The notes below the pieces were generated by a model, which had not been told where the DNA came from, made no database searches, and saw only the letters and a program-made list of their open reading frames with translations. From Nitrospirota bacterium (lineage in GTDB: Bacteria; Nitrospirota; Nitrospiria; Nitrospirales; Nitrospiraceae), in the NCBI GenBank assembly GCA_963703955.1, contig CAVPGK010000012.1:64001-128000 (forward strand): 64,000 bases of DNA. Direction: 5' to 3'. Below, piece after piece: positions 50,932 to 61,899 of this stretch (its first letter is position 1; each line of letters starts with the position of its first letter). Both the position numbers and the translations under genes were made by a program.

Positions 50932-51864
50932 CTAGGGAATTTGACGTTCTAATGTCGGCAAGATTTCAACCGGCTTTCCTAACGATTCAAGGCCGAAATG
51001 GGGATTCTCCACCACTTCATGAGCGCTCCGGTGGCCCGTGGGAGCCTTAAACTCAAAATCGGCCGTCACGCTTCCTTTCGCCGGCACCGTGATCGTCCGT
51101 TCCAACGTCGGGCCGGTTTCTGGGTGCCATGCGACCATTGTGTATTCGCCCGGAGGGACATCCGACATGGAGAATGTGCCATCTTGACCCGTCACCGCAT
51201 AGTAGGGACTATCCACCGCCATTCCCCAGCTCACCATATACGCGTGAAACCCACACTGCATGACAAAGATTCGCCGGTCCTTGGTCATGTGGACGGTCTG
51301 GGTCATCGGCTCACCGGCCAAATGCTCATGGCTATGGGCGGTGACCTCCCGCTTGTGGTGCGGATTCATAGGCAGGGGAGTATTGAACAGCACTCGAGGT
51401 CCCAGATGCGACGTCTCGTACGCTTGGATGTCGTGCATCACTGGATCCATGTTGATGACGACTACTTGATCATGGTCACGCACCGTCGTGACGAACGGCA
51501 AGAATCGGCAATCCCGTGCTTCAATTCGAGGAGGGGTGAAGGTGAACGGCTTGCCTTTCGGCACTTCCGCCAGCCACACCACGACTTCTTTCAGTCCGCC
51601 GTCAGGGCTGGTAGTGAACTCTTCCAACAGGCGCCATCCCGTGCCGGTCGAGATCCTTCCGCAATAGACAGGGTCGGGAAACGTGATCAAGTTAAACCCT
51701 TTCGGGATCGGCTTCCCGCCGGTCAACGTGACCTTTCCAGTGACGGTGCCGCCGTCCGTCACGGTGACTTCTTCATAGGACCACGCCGGCCCCGCTATCA
51801 GACACGTCAGGAGAGCGAAGGTTGCAATCCATATTCTTGGAATTCTTGGGTTGAAAGAACGCAT
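50932..51864 (-). CDS. Exported protein with carboxypeptidase-regulatory-like and cupredoxin-like domains (tandem paralog)
   Basis: Signal peptide, MHDIQ, CGFHAYM, VPPGEYTMVAWHP. Confidence 0.8.
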   Translation of the reverse strand: MRSFNPRIPRIWIATFALLTCLIAGPAWSYEEVTVTDGGTVTGKVTLTGGKPIPKGFNLITFPDPVYCGRISTGTGWRLLEEFTTSPDGGLKEVVVWLAEVPKGKPFTFTPPRIEARDCRFLPFVTTVRDHDQVVVINMDPVMHDIQAYETSHLGPRVLFNTPLPMNPHHKREVTAHSHEHLAGEPMTQTVHMTKDRRIFVMQCGFHAYMVSWGMAVDSPYYAVTGQDGTFSMSDVPPGEYTMVAWHPETGPTLERTITVPAKGSVTADFEFKAPTGHRSAHEVVENPHFGLESLGKPVEILPTLERQIP

Positions 51865-51934
51865 ACATCCTCCGAATGCCTGTAGCCTTGAACGGATCAT
51901 TCACCTATTCCCAATAGTACCCAACGCATCGTGT

Positions 51935-51967
51935 AAAAAAAAGGGGGGAGCACAACAGCTCCCCCCT
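51935..51967 (-). terminator. Rho-independent terminator after the multicopper oxidase
   Basis: AGGGGGGAGC/GCTCCCCCCT stem with a T8 tract on the minus strand. Confidence 0.85.
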
Positions 51968-51988
51968 GAATCTGCCGACAGCAGGCCG

Positions 51989-54900
51989 TTACCGTGAAGC
52001 GACCGGAACAGCTTGCGACGAGACAGGCGGCTCGGTTTCGGCCTTCTTTACCCCTGCCGCGGCGCCGCTGAGCGGCAACAGACTCTGATCGCCGACCGGC
52101 AACACCCGCAGATAGCCCCACTGTCCCGACTGTGAGTATGGGAGCCGCTGGTTGCTCCAGACATAATCCCCCGGCAGCCGATACGGCCCGCCCGCTGAAC
52201 CGATGAACGCGTCGATCGTCTCGGATCCGGAGAACTCCACGACACTGATCTCATCAGCCCCGCGCATGAACGGCTCGATCGGCCACTCATGCTTCTCGAC
52301 GCTGAACATCTGGTTTTGTTCGTTGTTCGCACCGAACACGTGGATCCGCACCGGATCTCCGGCATGCGTCTCGATGATCGGCGTCACCGGATCCTCCGGC
52401 TTGTCTGCGACACAGGGCTGGAACATCTTGCCCAAAGAGCAGCCCGCCTCCTCCCGGTACTTGTATGGTTCCGACCGGTAGTTGACCCCGGTGAGGCCAG
52501 CGACGTTTTGCACATAGGGCATGAAGCTGGTCCCGATGATGTTGTCCTCATCCTGGAAGAACAGTGAGGCGTCTCGATAATTGACGCGCGTCTCGTTTCC
52601 TGGAATCGTCCGGTCGATGATCACATCGGCCACCCAACTGTTCTTATTGGAAAGATCTGCCCCGGTCTTCGGGTCACGATACTTCGAGCCACGCGGCCCG
52701 ATAACCACGGCTCCGAACAACCCGTTACGCGGATTGGTCATGACGTTCCCCCAATCCCACACAAGGGAGCTAATCTCCCCCAGGAACGGATCGGCATAGT
52801 ACGTGTACGTCCGGCTCTCCCCGGGAGCGATGGTTTGATCGCCGGGGTTGTTGCCCACGTTCGCTCCCAGCGAGTCTTTCGGATCAAACGCCAGGCTGAT
52901 GGCCGAGAACGAAGCACGGCTTTCTTTCATCTTGTTTTTCAGATTGACCTTGATGCAGTCCCCGATGTTCGCGCGAATCGTCAGCGGCATCGGCTGCAAT
53001 CCTTCAGCGACTTTGGAGGCCTCTTCCTCCAACGTGTAGATCTTCGCCTCGGGGTTCGCGATTTGGATCTTCCGCTCGAAGTCCACCTCGATAGCTTCAG
53101 GTGCCTTCTGGTTGAACTTCATGTTCGGGAAGTCCTGCGCCACGACATTGAAGGTCTTGACCGGCGCGCCAGTCGGGCAGACCGGCTGCTTCTCCGGAAT
53201 CTCATTACGATGGGAGTAGCCCGCCGGCAGCTTCTGCAGATCCGGCGCGTCTTTATCCAACACCCGAACGATCCCCCAGGCGCCTTCCGAGAACTTCGAA
53301 GAGCGACCGTTGAAGTGGATGTAGTCACCGGCTTGCAGCCTCGGTCCGCCGGCCTGCGGCACGACGAGGTCATACCGCTCGGCAATGCCGATGTGAATCG
53401 AGTTCTTCCGATTCGGCGTCGCCCGCATACCGTTCCGACAGGAAGGTGTGACCCGACAGCGTCCAGGTCATCGTCTCGTTCATGAGGGTATGGAGCAACC
53501 GAAACACCATCGTGTCCCCAACATAGGCCCGTAACAATGGTGTGTAGGGATCCCCATGGATCTGGCTATTAAAGATTTGCGACACATCCGGATTGACGGC
53601 CAACCGCTCAGCGATCGGTCCGGCCCGGAAGTTCAGTCCGCTCCCCGTCGTATGGGTCCCGCCATTCAGGAACGGCATCGGTGACGAATAGATTTTATCC
53701 GGCATCATGAACGACACGGTCTTCCCGGCTTCCAGAGCCACCTCGACCGGTTGTCCAGGAGGATTGCCCGCTGTGACGATGTTCACCGTATGCGGGACTG
53801 TATCGTGCACCTGGACCATCAGTTCCCGGAAGCTGCCGTTCACACCATGTCCCACCGGCTCCACGGTCCGAATGTCGGCAATAGGACCACTCCGAATTTC
53901 CTTGCCGGTCTTGGGATCGTGATACGTAGATCCAACGGGCTCGGCAAGGAAGGTGCCGAAGCCACCGTGAGGCCAGGTGGTCGCCCCAAAGGCGTGATCG
54001 TGCCAGAACACCGTCCCCACGTCGGCATCCACCCAGAACCGTTGCCGCACGAACTCCACGGTGATGATATCGTTCGCCGGGTGGTCAAACTTCAGCGGCT
54101 TGCGTGAGGGTGATCGTATTGCCCTTGATCTCCTTGACGCGGGCAACCTCGTTCCCGTTCACGTTATCCGCACCGACCAGGATTTCAGTGTTCGCATGGT
54201 ATGGCGCGGCATTCTTGACAGTCACGGTGCTCGCACCTTTCTTGGCCGGCGCAGTGAGCACCGTGTTCATCGGCAACGGAAGCCCCTTCTTGTTCTTTTT
54301 CTCCAGCATCGTGAATGGCCGCACCGACTGCTCATAGGAAAAGCCGCTGATCACGCCGTCCGACGCCTGGTTGTCGAACTGCAGGAAATGCCAGTGCGTG
54401 TTGATCTTGGAGGACTGGAAGTTCGTGTAGTCGTCATCCTCCCATTCGCTAGTCAGCATCCAGTCTATGCAGTCATAAATATTCCCGCGGACGACGAGCG
54501 GATATTTCAGGTCATCGTTCTTGCGAATGGCGGCCTCCTCCTCATGCAGGACATAGATCAAGCCGGTTTGGTCGATCACGGCAGGTTCCTTGCCCTCCGC
54601 CTTGGCGATCTTGATCGGGAGCTTAATGAAGTGAACGTTGAAAGACTTGCGACCGGCGTTTTCCGGACACAGACTCCAGCGCCCCTGCTCGCCAGGCTTG
54701 GCCTGCTCAAGGCTCGGCTCACCATTCTCGTCCCTGGCGATCATATCCAACCATGGCGCGCCGACGTGCCTCGGCGAGAACATCACCCGCTTGCCGAAAT
54801 GCGGCGTCAGGTGCGGCCAGGCCACCTTCCCGGTAGTCGCCTCAAAGAGGATCGGCCGTCGCTGACCAGGGGTTGGCGACTTGTACTTGGGATTGTCGAT

Positions 54901-56860
54901 CGTGCTTTCTTTTTCGGTCATCGCCCGATTGCCGTTCCAAGCCCAGTCCAACACGGTCGCATCATACGACACGATCTGTCCCTTCTCATCATCCTTGTGA
55001 CCAGGCTTCCCTCGGGTGGGTAACTGCATCTCAACCCAATCTTTGATGTTGATCACGGCTGGGTTGGACTTCCAGTTGCTCTTTCCCTTGTCCACGATCT
55101 GAAACGTCTTGCCGAACCAGTCCATGGTCTTACCGACCAACTGGTCGGAACTGACGCCCGCCTTCATGCGGCCCTTGCGGTCCGGCAGTTCTCTGAAGAT
55201 CGGGCATGACATCATTCCGAGAATCCCCGACTTGCAGGGTGTTATACACACGCCAGTAGCCCCACATGCCCGCGACGTAGTGGTGCGCCACGTGGCAGTG
55301 GAACAGGAAGTCGCCGGCCAACTGCTGACACAGGCCTGAACCGCACTCGGTTTCCAGATCCAGCGCTTCCGACGGTCCAATGACTTCCACGTCCACCCGA
55401 TCTGTCTTAGCCCTGATCACCGGATACTTGACCGGGCCGTTCGTGGCCGTCGCCCAGAGGTTCATATCGTCGATGGCCCGCGGGCTTCGCGGCCAACGAA
55501 TCGACCCACCGTGTGGGTGGTGCGAATGAAAGACCTCCGAACCGCCATGCACAAGTCGGTACTTGGCCGGATCGCCCATGTAGGAACGAGGAATCGTCGT
55601 CGGCGCATCGCCGAACGTATAGGAGCTGTAGCCCATCGACTCGTCCTCGAACCCAAAGTACTCATGCTGCACATGCATATTGTTGATGCCGAACGGCTCG
55701 CTGCGGTAGTTCAGCGCACGGCCACCCGGGCGATAGGCATCGGTTAACGGGTCCCGTTGCGGGAGGAATTCCCCCTTCCTATTCACGGGGCGGAAGGCCT
55801 CATCGCCCACCTCATGGTAGATGATGACGAACTCGCGGAAGTCCGGACCGGTTCCATTCTTGATGATTGCTTGCCAACCACTCTTCATTGGAGTCGCATC
55901 ACCAGTACCGAGCGGATCAAGGTACTCCGACCCCTTGGGCTCAACAACAAAGGTGCCGAACAGTCCCATCACGGTGAGCTCGCGGTCATTACTGTAACTG
56001 TGAAACTGACGGCCACCCTCCTGTGCGCTAGGGTGAATATACCATTCAAGATCCTGCGCCTTCCCTTGCGCGACGATCGAATCCGGGTTGGTGGTGGTTG
56101 CAATCTTCCCGGTCGCACTGATGATCATGCTAGAACCGTGGATGTGCAAGCTGACATCCTCGCCGCCTTCCAGCTTGTTCTGAAGCTTGACTTTGACGCA
56201 ATCGCCTTGATTGGCTCGAATGACCAAGGGCTGAATCCACTGGTTCTGCAAGCCATTCATCACGGCACCGGGATCGTACCCCTCTTTTTCACGTGCTGCC
56301 TTGTTCTTGGCCTCTTCTTCTCTCACCCTGTCAAGGTTCTCGGTCAACACATACATGTAGCCGGGATAGTAATCCAGCCACTGATTGAGCGAGATCTCAA
56401 CATTAATTGCGGAGATATCATAGGCTCTGACCGGTGCGCCTGCCGGACATCGACCACCCTGCATCGAAACCGGTTCGTTCCGCGGATCCGACACAAGGAG
56501 CATGTCCTGACCGCCAGCTCCATACTGGTGCATCATCGACATGTTGTTGTAGAGCCCGTCCGTGTGTTGCATCTGCGCATCCTGCCCCATCTGAAGCATG
56601 ATCCGCTCATGTTGCCGTTCCACCATCGCTGCCCGTTCCGGCCGCCCTTCCATGGTGTCTTCGACAACGGTTTGTCCTTTGAGCTTTTCTGCCCACGTCT
56701 GGGCCTGGTCGGGCATGGCAACCTGCTGCGCCGAGACGTGTCCTTCATGCGAGGATGAAGGTTCGGCTGAGGCAACAAGCGGCAAGCACACCAGCACGCC
56801 GCCGGCTACGACGCCGGTGACACGCCTGAGGAAGTGAGAGGGAACAGTGGTGTAATGCAT
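51989..56860 (-). CDS. Giant multicopper oxidase (MnxG/ceruloplasmin-like, about 1620 aa), split into four ORFs by frameshifts near 55195, 54105 and 53420
   Basis: AAGGAGG RBS, signal peptide, SLHIHG, HSHHPHG, HCHVAHHYVAGM, THWH, WHDH; fragments join at single-base shifts. Confidence 0.85.
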
Positions 56861-57027
56861 GACCGGCCTCCTTAACATAAGATTAGGTCTGGATGAACCG
56901 ACTGTAGTGAGTCTTCGTCTTATTTCGTCTTAGGTGGCGGTAAGCTTTTTACGATAGCTCCCGATTCCTTACTCTCTAGCACGCGAACGTCCTGCCGAGA
57001 GGCTCATTCGCCCCTCCGGGAGGGCTC

Positions 57028-57056
57028 AACATACTCGCGTTGAAATTCTCTGTCAA
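57028..57056 (-). promoter_or_regulatory. Putative sigma70 promoter of the multicopper oxidase
   Basis: TTGACA-N17-TATGTT on the minus strand. Confidence 0.55.
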
Positions 57057-57271
57057 CCCCATATACTCAGTGCCATCCGCATGTTTTTTCCTCCTTATCT
57101 TCGGGACCATTTCCCAGACCCCGCAAGATCCAGACCATGCAGACCCGGCATGGTCGGCCCTACCTGCATGCACACCCAAGGCAACTAGGTCCTGCCCCTT
57201 CCTTGCTCCCCTCGCCCCACGAATCCTGTGAGGAGCATGAAGTTACGCACTGTCTTGTGAGATAATGGACC

Positions 57272-59095
57272 ATGGTTCTGAAGCGCTGGTTAGTAGGGCC
57301 GGCCCTGAAGACAACTCAGGCGGCCGATGAGCGGTTATCGAAGCGTCTGGCCCTGGCCGTTTTTTCCTCCGATGCTCTTTCCTCGGTCGCCTATGCGACT
57401 GAAGAAATCCTCCTCGTTCTCGTCTTGGCCGGGTCCGCCGCTGTGACCTGGTCCATTCCCGTAAGCGTAATGATCGTCACCCTGCTGGCGATCCTCACAA
57501 TCTCATACCGGGAGATCATCTTCGAGTACCCTTCGGGGGGCGGCGCCTATATCGTGGCGAAATCCAATTTAGGTGAGATGCCCGGACTCATCGCCGCCGC
57601 CGCGCTGATTATCGATTACGTCCTGACCGTTGCGGTCAGCGTGGCGGCGGGAGTCGCCGCCGTGACTTCGGCCATCCCGGTCCTGTTTCCCCACCGCGAG
57701 GCGTTGGGGCTGACGGCGATCATCGTGGTGTTGATCGTCAACCTACGGGGGGTACGTGAGTCCGGTCGAATTTTCGCCGTTCCGACCTATGTGTTTATCG
57801 GTTCGATTCTGCTGATGCTGGGCGCCGGTTTCATGCAGATCTTCCTGGGTCACAGCGTGCCGGTTGCTCAGGGACCGGCCGTTGCGAAGGACACGATCAC
57901 CGAAGGGCTGACTTTGTTCCTGCTCTTGCGTGCCTTCTCTTCGGGCTGTGCCGCATTGACGGGAGTCGAAGTGATTTCAAACGGTGTCGCCGTCTTTAGG
58001 CGACCCGAATCCAAGAATGCGGCGACCACCATGGCGGGGATGGCCACAATCCTGGCGATACTTTTTCTCGGGATCACGATGCTCGCCTATCATTTTGGGG
58101 TGCTGCCAAAGGAAGATGAAACGGTTGTCTCGCAAATCGCCCGCGCGACGTTCGGTGGCGGTCCGCTCTACTATCTCGTCCAAGCATCCACGATGGCTAT
58201 TTTGATTCTCGCTGCCAACAGCAGCTTTGCCGGATTCCCGCGCCTCGCATCGATCCTGGCCCACGACGGCTATATGCCGCAGCAAATGAGAGCCCGTGGG
58301 GATCGGTTGGTCTTTTCGAACGGGATCATCATCCTCGGCCTTTTTGCCTGCGCGTTGATCATTGTCTTCCGCGGGGATACCCACGCACTCATTCCGCTCT
58401 ATGCCGTTGGCGTCTTTTTGTCCTTTACGTTGTCCCAAACAGGCATGGTGAAACACTGGCTGGTCAAGCGAGGCCGGCACTGGCGCAAGCGCCTCACGAT
58501 CAACGGCTTAGGGGCACTGGCGACTGGGCTCGCGACCCTGATCATCGCCGGCACCAAATTCATGAACGGCGCGTGGATTGTGATCGGCCTTCTTCCTCTG
58601 CTCATTACCTGCTTCCGGGCGATTCACCGGCACTATGTGATCGCCGGGAAGCAGGTTGAGTTGGAGCGGGACCATCGTCCTCCCCAACCGAAGCGGAACA
58701 CAGTGGTCATCCCGATCAGCGGCGTGAATCGGGCCGTTCTGCGCGCGCTCGACTATGCACGAAGCCATTCCTCGACGATACGGGCGGTCCTGGTCAACGT
58801 CGATAAGGAAGAAACCGCACTGACTGAGATCAAGTGGGCTCAATGGGGATGCGGCGTGAACCTCGTGGTGCTTCCCTCGCCGTACCGTTCCGTGTTGAGA
58901 TCGCTGTTGGATTACATCGAGGATTTGCTCCAGAAGGATCCCAACGGCTGGGTCACCGTCGTCATTCCTGAAATTCTTCCGGCACGATGGTGGCAGAATA
59001 TCCTGCACAACCAGCGAGCTCTCATGCTGAAGGCAGCATTGCTTTTTAAAGAGAGGGTGATTCTCATCGACGTGCCATTTCATTTAGAGAGGTGA
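57272..59095 (+). CDS. APC/KUP-family permease (KimA/YdaO-like, possible K+ transporter)
   Basis: SSDALSSVAYATEE, YPSGGGAY, ALTGVEVISNG, LIPLYAVGVF, cytoplasmic SPYR...LHNQ domain. Confidence 0.88.
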   Translation: MVLKRWLVGPALKTTQAADERLSKRLALAVFSSDALSSVAYATEEILLVLVLAGSAAVTWSIPVSVMIVTLLAILTISYREIIFEYPSGGGAYIVAKSNLGEMPGLIAAAALIIDYVLTVAVSVAAGVAAVTSAIPVLFPHREALGLTAIIVVLIVNLRGVRESGRIFAVPTYVFIGSILLMLGAGFMQIFLGHSVPVAQGPAVAKDTITEGLTLFLLLRAFSSGCAALTGVEVISNGVAVFRRPESKNAATTMAGMATILAILFLGITMLAYHFGVLPKEDETVVSQIARATFGGGPLYYLVQASTMAILILAANSSFAGFPRLASILAHDGYMPQQMRARGDRLVFSNGIIILGLFACALIIVFRGDTHALIPLYAVGVFLSFTLSQTGMVKHWLVKRGRHWRKRLTINGLGALATGLATLIIAGTKFMNGAWIVIGLLPLLITCFRAIHRHYVIAGKQVELERDHRPPQPKRNTVVIPISGVNRAVLRALDYARSHSSTIRAVLVNVDKEETALTEIKWAQWGCGVNLVVLPSPYRSVLRSLLDYIEDLLQKDPNGWVTVVIPEILPARWWQNILHNQRALMLKAALLFKERVILIDVPFHLER

Positions 59096-59102
59096 TAGCG
59101 CA

Positions 59103-60164
59103 ATGCAACGTAACAAGCTAAAGGCAAGAAGTACAAAGCTGGTCCTGAGCTTTTGCCTTTTTGCTTTTACCTATTGCCTGTTGGCCCGCACCGAACATGC
59201 GCTGGCCTTTAGGATCATAAGCCCGACCGAAGGCAGCGCCTTGAAGGCAGGTGAAACTGTGCAGGCCAAGGTAGACCTCGGGAACGACCCCGGTGTCGTC
59301 CAAGTTCGGTATTACTGGTACGCCGAGATGGATGAGACACTGGTTGAAAAAGAGGAAGTCTCCTCCACCGGCTCTATCGTCGCAAAACCCGGGCTGGTCG
59401 CGACGGCATCGGACGACCCGCCGTTCAGCGGCAAACTGCGAGTCCCGGAGGAAGCCATCGGGACCATGCGCCTACTTGCCGTCGCGGATATCTCACGCGG
59501 GCGCCTCGGAGGCCGATCGGCCTTTGACGAAATTTTGGTGAAAGTTGAACCCGAAGCCGAGATCACATCTATCGAATTCGAAACGGACAAACCACTGCGC
59601 CTCGGGAGGGCCGGGCAGGCCGCGACCTATGGTCAGGTTGACTCTCTGGGCAAGATCTTCGAGCTTCCGGTCGTGGCGTTGTTCTCCGACGGCGTCCTTC
59701 GGTCGATACGGCAGCCGGGCACAGGAACTTCATATCGATCCTCTAACGAGAAGGTCATCAAAGTCCATTCCGGAGGACTTCTTCAAGTGGTCGGAAACGG
59801 GAGATCCACCCTTACGGTAAGCAATCGCGGCAAGCAGGCTGAACTCGATGTGATCGTGGAGGTTAATGAAGAGCCGAATGACCCGCCAATCGCCGACGCC
59901 GGAATGAGTCGGACCGTCAAGGCAGGGACTCGCGTGGAGCTGAATGGGATCAGAAGCCGGGATCCTGAAGGGGAGGCGTTGTTTTATTCATGGAGCCAGG
60001 TAAAAGGCAGCAAGGTGCCGTTGCTCGATGTCAACATGCCCAAGGCCTCCTTCGTGGCGCCACAGGTTTCAGAAAAGCGTCCTTTCCGATTCAAGCTGCG
60101 GGTAACCGACAAGTTAGGCGCGGACAGTTTACCGGCCTATGTCGATATTGACGTGGAACCATAG
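59103..60164 (+). CDS. Exported Ig-like/PKD-domain protein
   Basis: Signal peptide, YRSSNEKVIKV, NDPPIADAG...LNG..S.DPEG..L.YSWSQ. Confidence 0.75.
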   Translation: MQRNKLKARSTKLVLSFCLFAFTYCLLARTEHALAFRIISPTEGSALKAGETVQAKVDLGNDPGVVQVRYYWYAEMDETLVEKEEVSSTGSIVAKPGLVATASDDPPFSGKLRVPEEAIGTMRLLAVADISRGRLGGRSAFDEILVKVEPEAEITSIEFETDKPLRLGRAGQAATYGQVDSLGKIFELPVVALFSDGVLRSIRQPGTGTSYRSSNEKVIKVHSGGLLQVVGNGRSTLTVSNRGKQAELDVIVEVNEEPNDPPIADAGMSRTVKAGTRVELNGIRSRDPEGEALFYSWSQVKGSKVPLLDVNMPKASFVAPQVSEKRPFRFKLRVTDKLGADSLPAYVDIDVEP

Positions 60165-60193
60165 CGGCATTTCGAACCTGAGTTCACCGTTGG

Positions 60194-60472
60194 TCAGGAT
60201 GCCAGCATCAGATTCGCCGCCGGTTCGTTCCCTTTCAGGGAGACCAGATAGTCGCCCCGCTGCCGATGCCACAGCAGGACTTGGCCCGAACGGCTGAGCC
60301 GATCGACGGCTAAGAAGAACTGCGCCCAGTTCACGCCAGGTAACGAATCGGCCAGTTGGTCCAATGTCTGCGCACCTTTTCCCTTCAAAAGCCCAATGAT
60401 CCACTCATCCACTGAAGGTCTTTCCTGCATCGCCGTGGCATTCGAACGTCGGTCGTCAACTGAGGCGCTCAT
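60194..60472 (-). CDS. Small hypothetical protein (possible winged helix)
   Basis: GGAGG RBS; TLDQL...NWAQFFLAVDRLSRSG. Confidence 0.6.
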   Translation of the reverse strand: MSASVDDRRSNATAMQERPSVDEWIIGLLKGKGAQTLDQLADSLPGVNWAQFFLAVDRLSRSGQVLLWHRQRGDYLVSLKGNEPAANLMLAS

Positions 60473-60554
60473 GTTCGACCTCCATTTCTCGGCCCGCGAT
60501 TTGACGCTTGTGAAAAGCTCCAATGATGTGACAGTTGTCGAGTGACAAGATACT

Positions 60555-60583
60555 ACAATAATTAGACCAGTGAGTCATGTCAA
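60555..60583 (-). promoter_or_regulatory. Putative sigma70 promoter
   Basis: TTGACA-N17-TATTGT on the minus strand. Confidence 0.45.
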
Positions 60584-60726
60584 TATCGGGTAATTACTTT
60601 CTTGTGTAAGCTGGCGCCGAAGATGATCCCCCGCATACTGACGTTGTTCCTTCTGTCCTACCCCTCGTAAATGTTTCTTTCGCGGCATCGATACTCCCAG
60701 CATGAAGCGCCATGAGATCTTGCGAG

Positions 60727-60951
60727 CTATGTTGATGTCGGCTGCGATCGACTTCTTCCAGCCATTTGGTTAAGGCTGTGTTGACTGGCTTTTTCACAGT
60801 CGGTCTCGCGTTCCTCGACGGGTGTGCCTTCTATCCCACCCGGCCTACCTGGGCTCGGCGTTTCATGCTCCTCGACCGGCGTTCCTTCGATCACGCCACG
60901 CTGATCGGCACGATCTTCATCGTGTTCGTTCTGTGTTTCCTTCATACCCAC
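60727..60951 (-). CDS. Small acidic hypothetical protein with duplicated IEGTPVEExET motif
   Basis: Peptide repeat is conserved despite synonymous DNA differences; GAGG RBS. Confidence 0.5.
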   Translation of the reverse strand: MGMKETQNEHDEDRADQRGVIEGTPVEEHETPSPGRPGGIEGTPVEERETDCEKASQHSLNQMAGRSRSQPTST

Positions 60952-60993
60952 CTCTCATCCTGCTCTCATGTTGAGGATTTGCGGAAGTACGTG

Positions 60994-61317
60994 TCATGCA
61001 ACCCACCGCATGAACTCGGACGTCTGGCGCCGTACTTTCTTCCCGTGGGCGCATCCGTACAACTGTTTACTGCGGTTGCGACGGATGACCGGATCGACGA
61101 CATCACCGCACTGCACACAGCGCTCGGCCACAAACTCCAACTGTCCTGTGTCGTCCTGCAAATCCATGTACCGTGTGGGCGCCAGAAATCCCCCGCAACG
61201 AAGGCATTCTCCGATCGCCCGTTGTTGAATGACTAGGCCAGGCCCCTTCGCCTCCACACCATCTTCATGTGCGACCTCGTCCTCAACCACTTGAAGTGCC
61301 ATATTTTGAGATGCCAT
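60994..61317 (-). CDS. Small zinc-ribbon hypothetical protein
   Basis: AGGAGG RBS; CLRCGG...RCVQCGDVVDPVI. Confidence 0.65.
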   Translation of the reverse strand: MASQNMALQVVEDEVAHEDGVEAKGPGLVIQQRAIGECLRCGGFLAPTRYMDLQDDTGQLEFVAERCVQCGDVVDPVIRRNRSKQLYGCAHGKKVRRQTSEFMRWVA

Positions 61318-61899
61318 ATCGAACCTCCTCTCCTTTCGGATCCCGTCCATGAGAAGGATGCATTGAGGTCGGAGACTGCAAATGTTGCACCCCACGGCAT
61401 CTTTTCCACGGAAGAAATCATCGATGAATGAATTCTCAACGAGATAGAGAAAGAGCAGCCTTTATGGCGTGATATCGTAGCGATTCAGCAATTTGGAGCG
61501 TCTTGTCAAGCGGCCTCGGGTAAGACCAAGATGAATTGACTTGCAGTACGCAAGTTTCTGGCAACCTCCCAGCTTGTCCGGAAGAGGACAGACCGCTCCG
61601 CTATGGGATAGCTGATCCTTCTCCTCGTCAGACAACTCCCTGCATGGAGCAGAGAAAAAAGATGACACCGAGCGACCGACGTGCTGATTTCACCTGCGTG
61701 GAAAGGCAGCTAACAATAGCAGACACGGGGATCGTCTTGGGCATGGATCACGATAACGTTCGGCTTCGTCATTACATTAGCGGACGGGCGATCAGCAATC
61801 AGCCACGGCCGACGCGGAACTGAAGGAACAAGGAAAAGCAGCGACTTACCCACCAAAGTTAGGGATCAAATCACCTTATCAGGAAATAAGGGAGGTGCC

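Noticed and set aside
51989..56860. Programmed frameshifting or four separate copper proteins; NirK
   Set aside because: No slippery heptamers were seen, similar indels occur in housekeeping genes, and the size and motif order do not fit NirK
56880..57271. c-di-AMP (ydaO) riboswitch upstream of the KimA-like permease
   Set aside because: Only a short GAATCC...AGG fragment and one GACCATGC/GCATGGTC hairpin are present; the two-fold symmetric riboswitch core was not found by eye. An Rfam search would settle it.
60727..60951. RiPP precursor for the radical SAM enzyme
   Set aside because: It lies about 47 kb from the radical SAM gene with no adjacent maturase, peptidase or exporter
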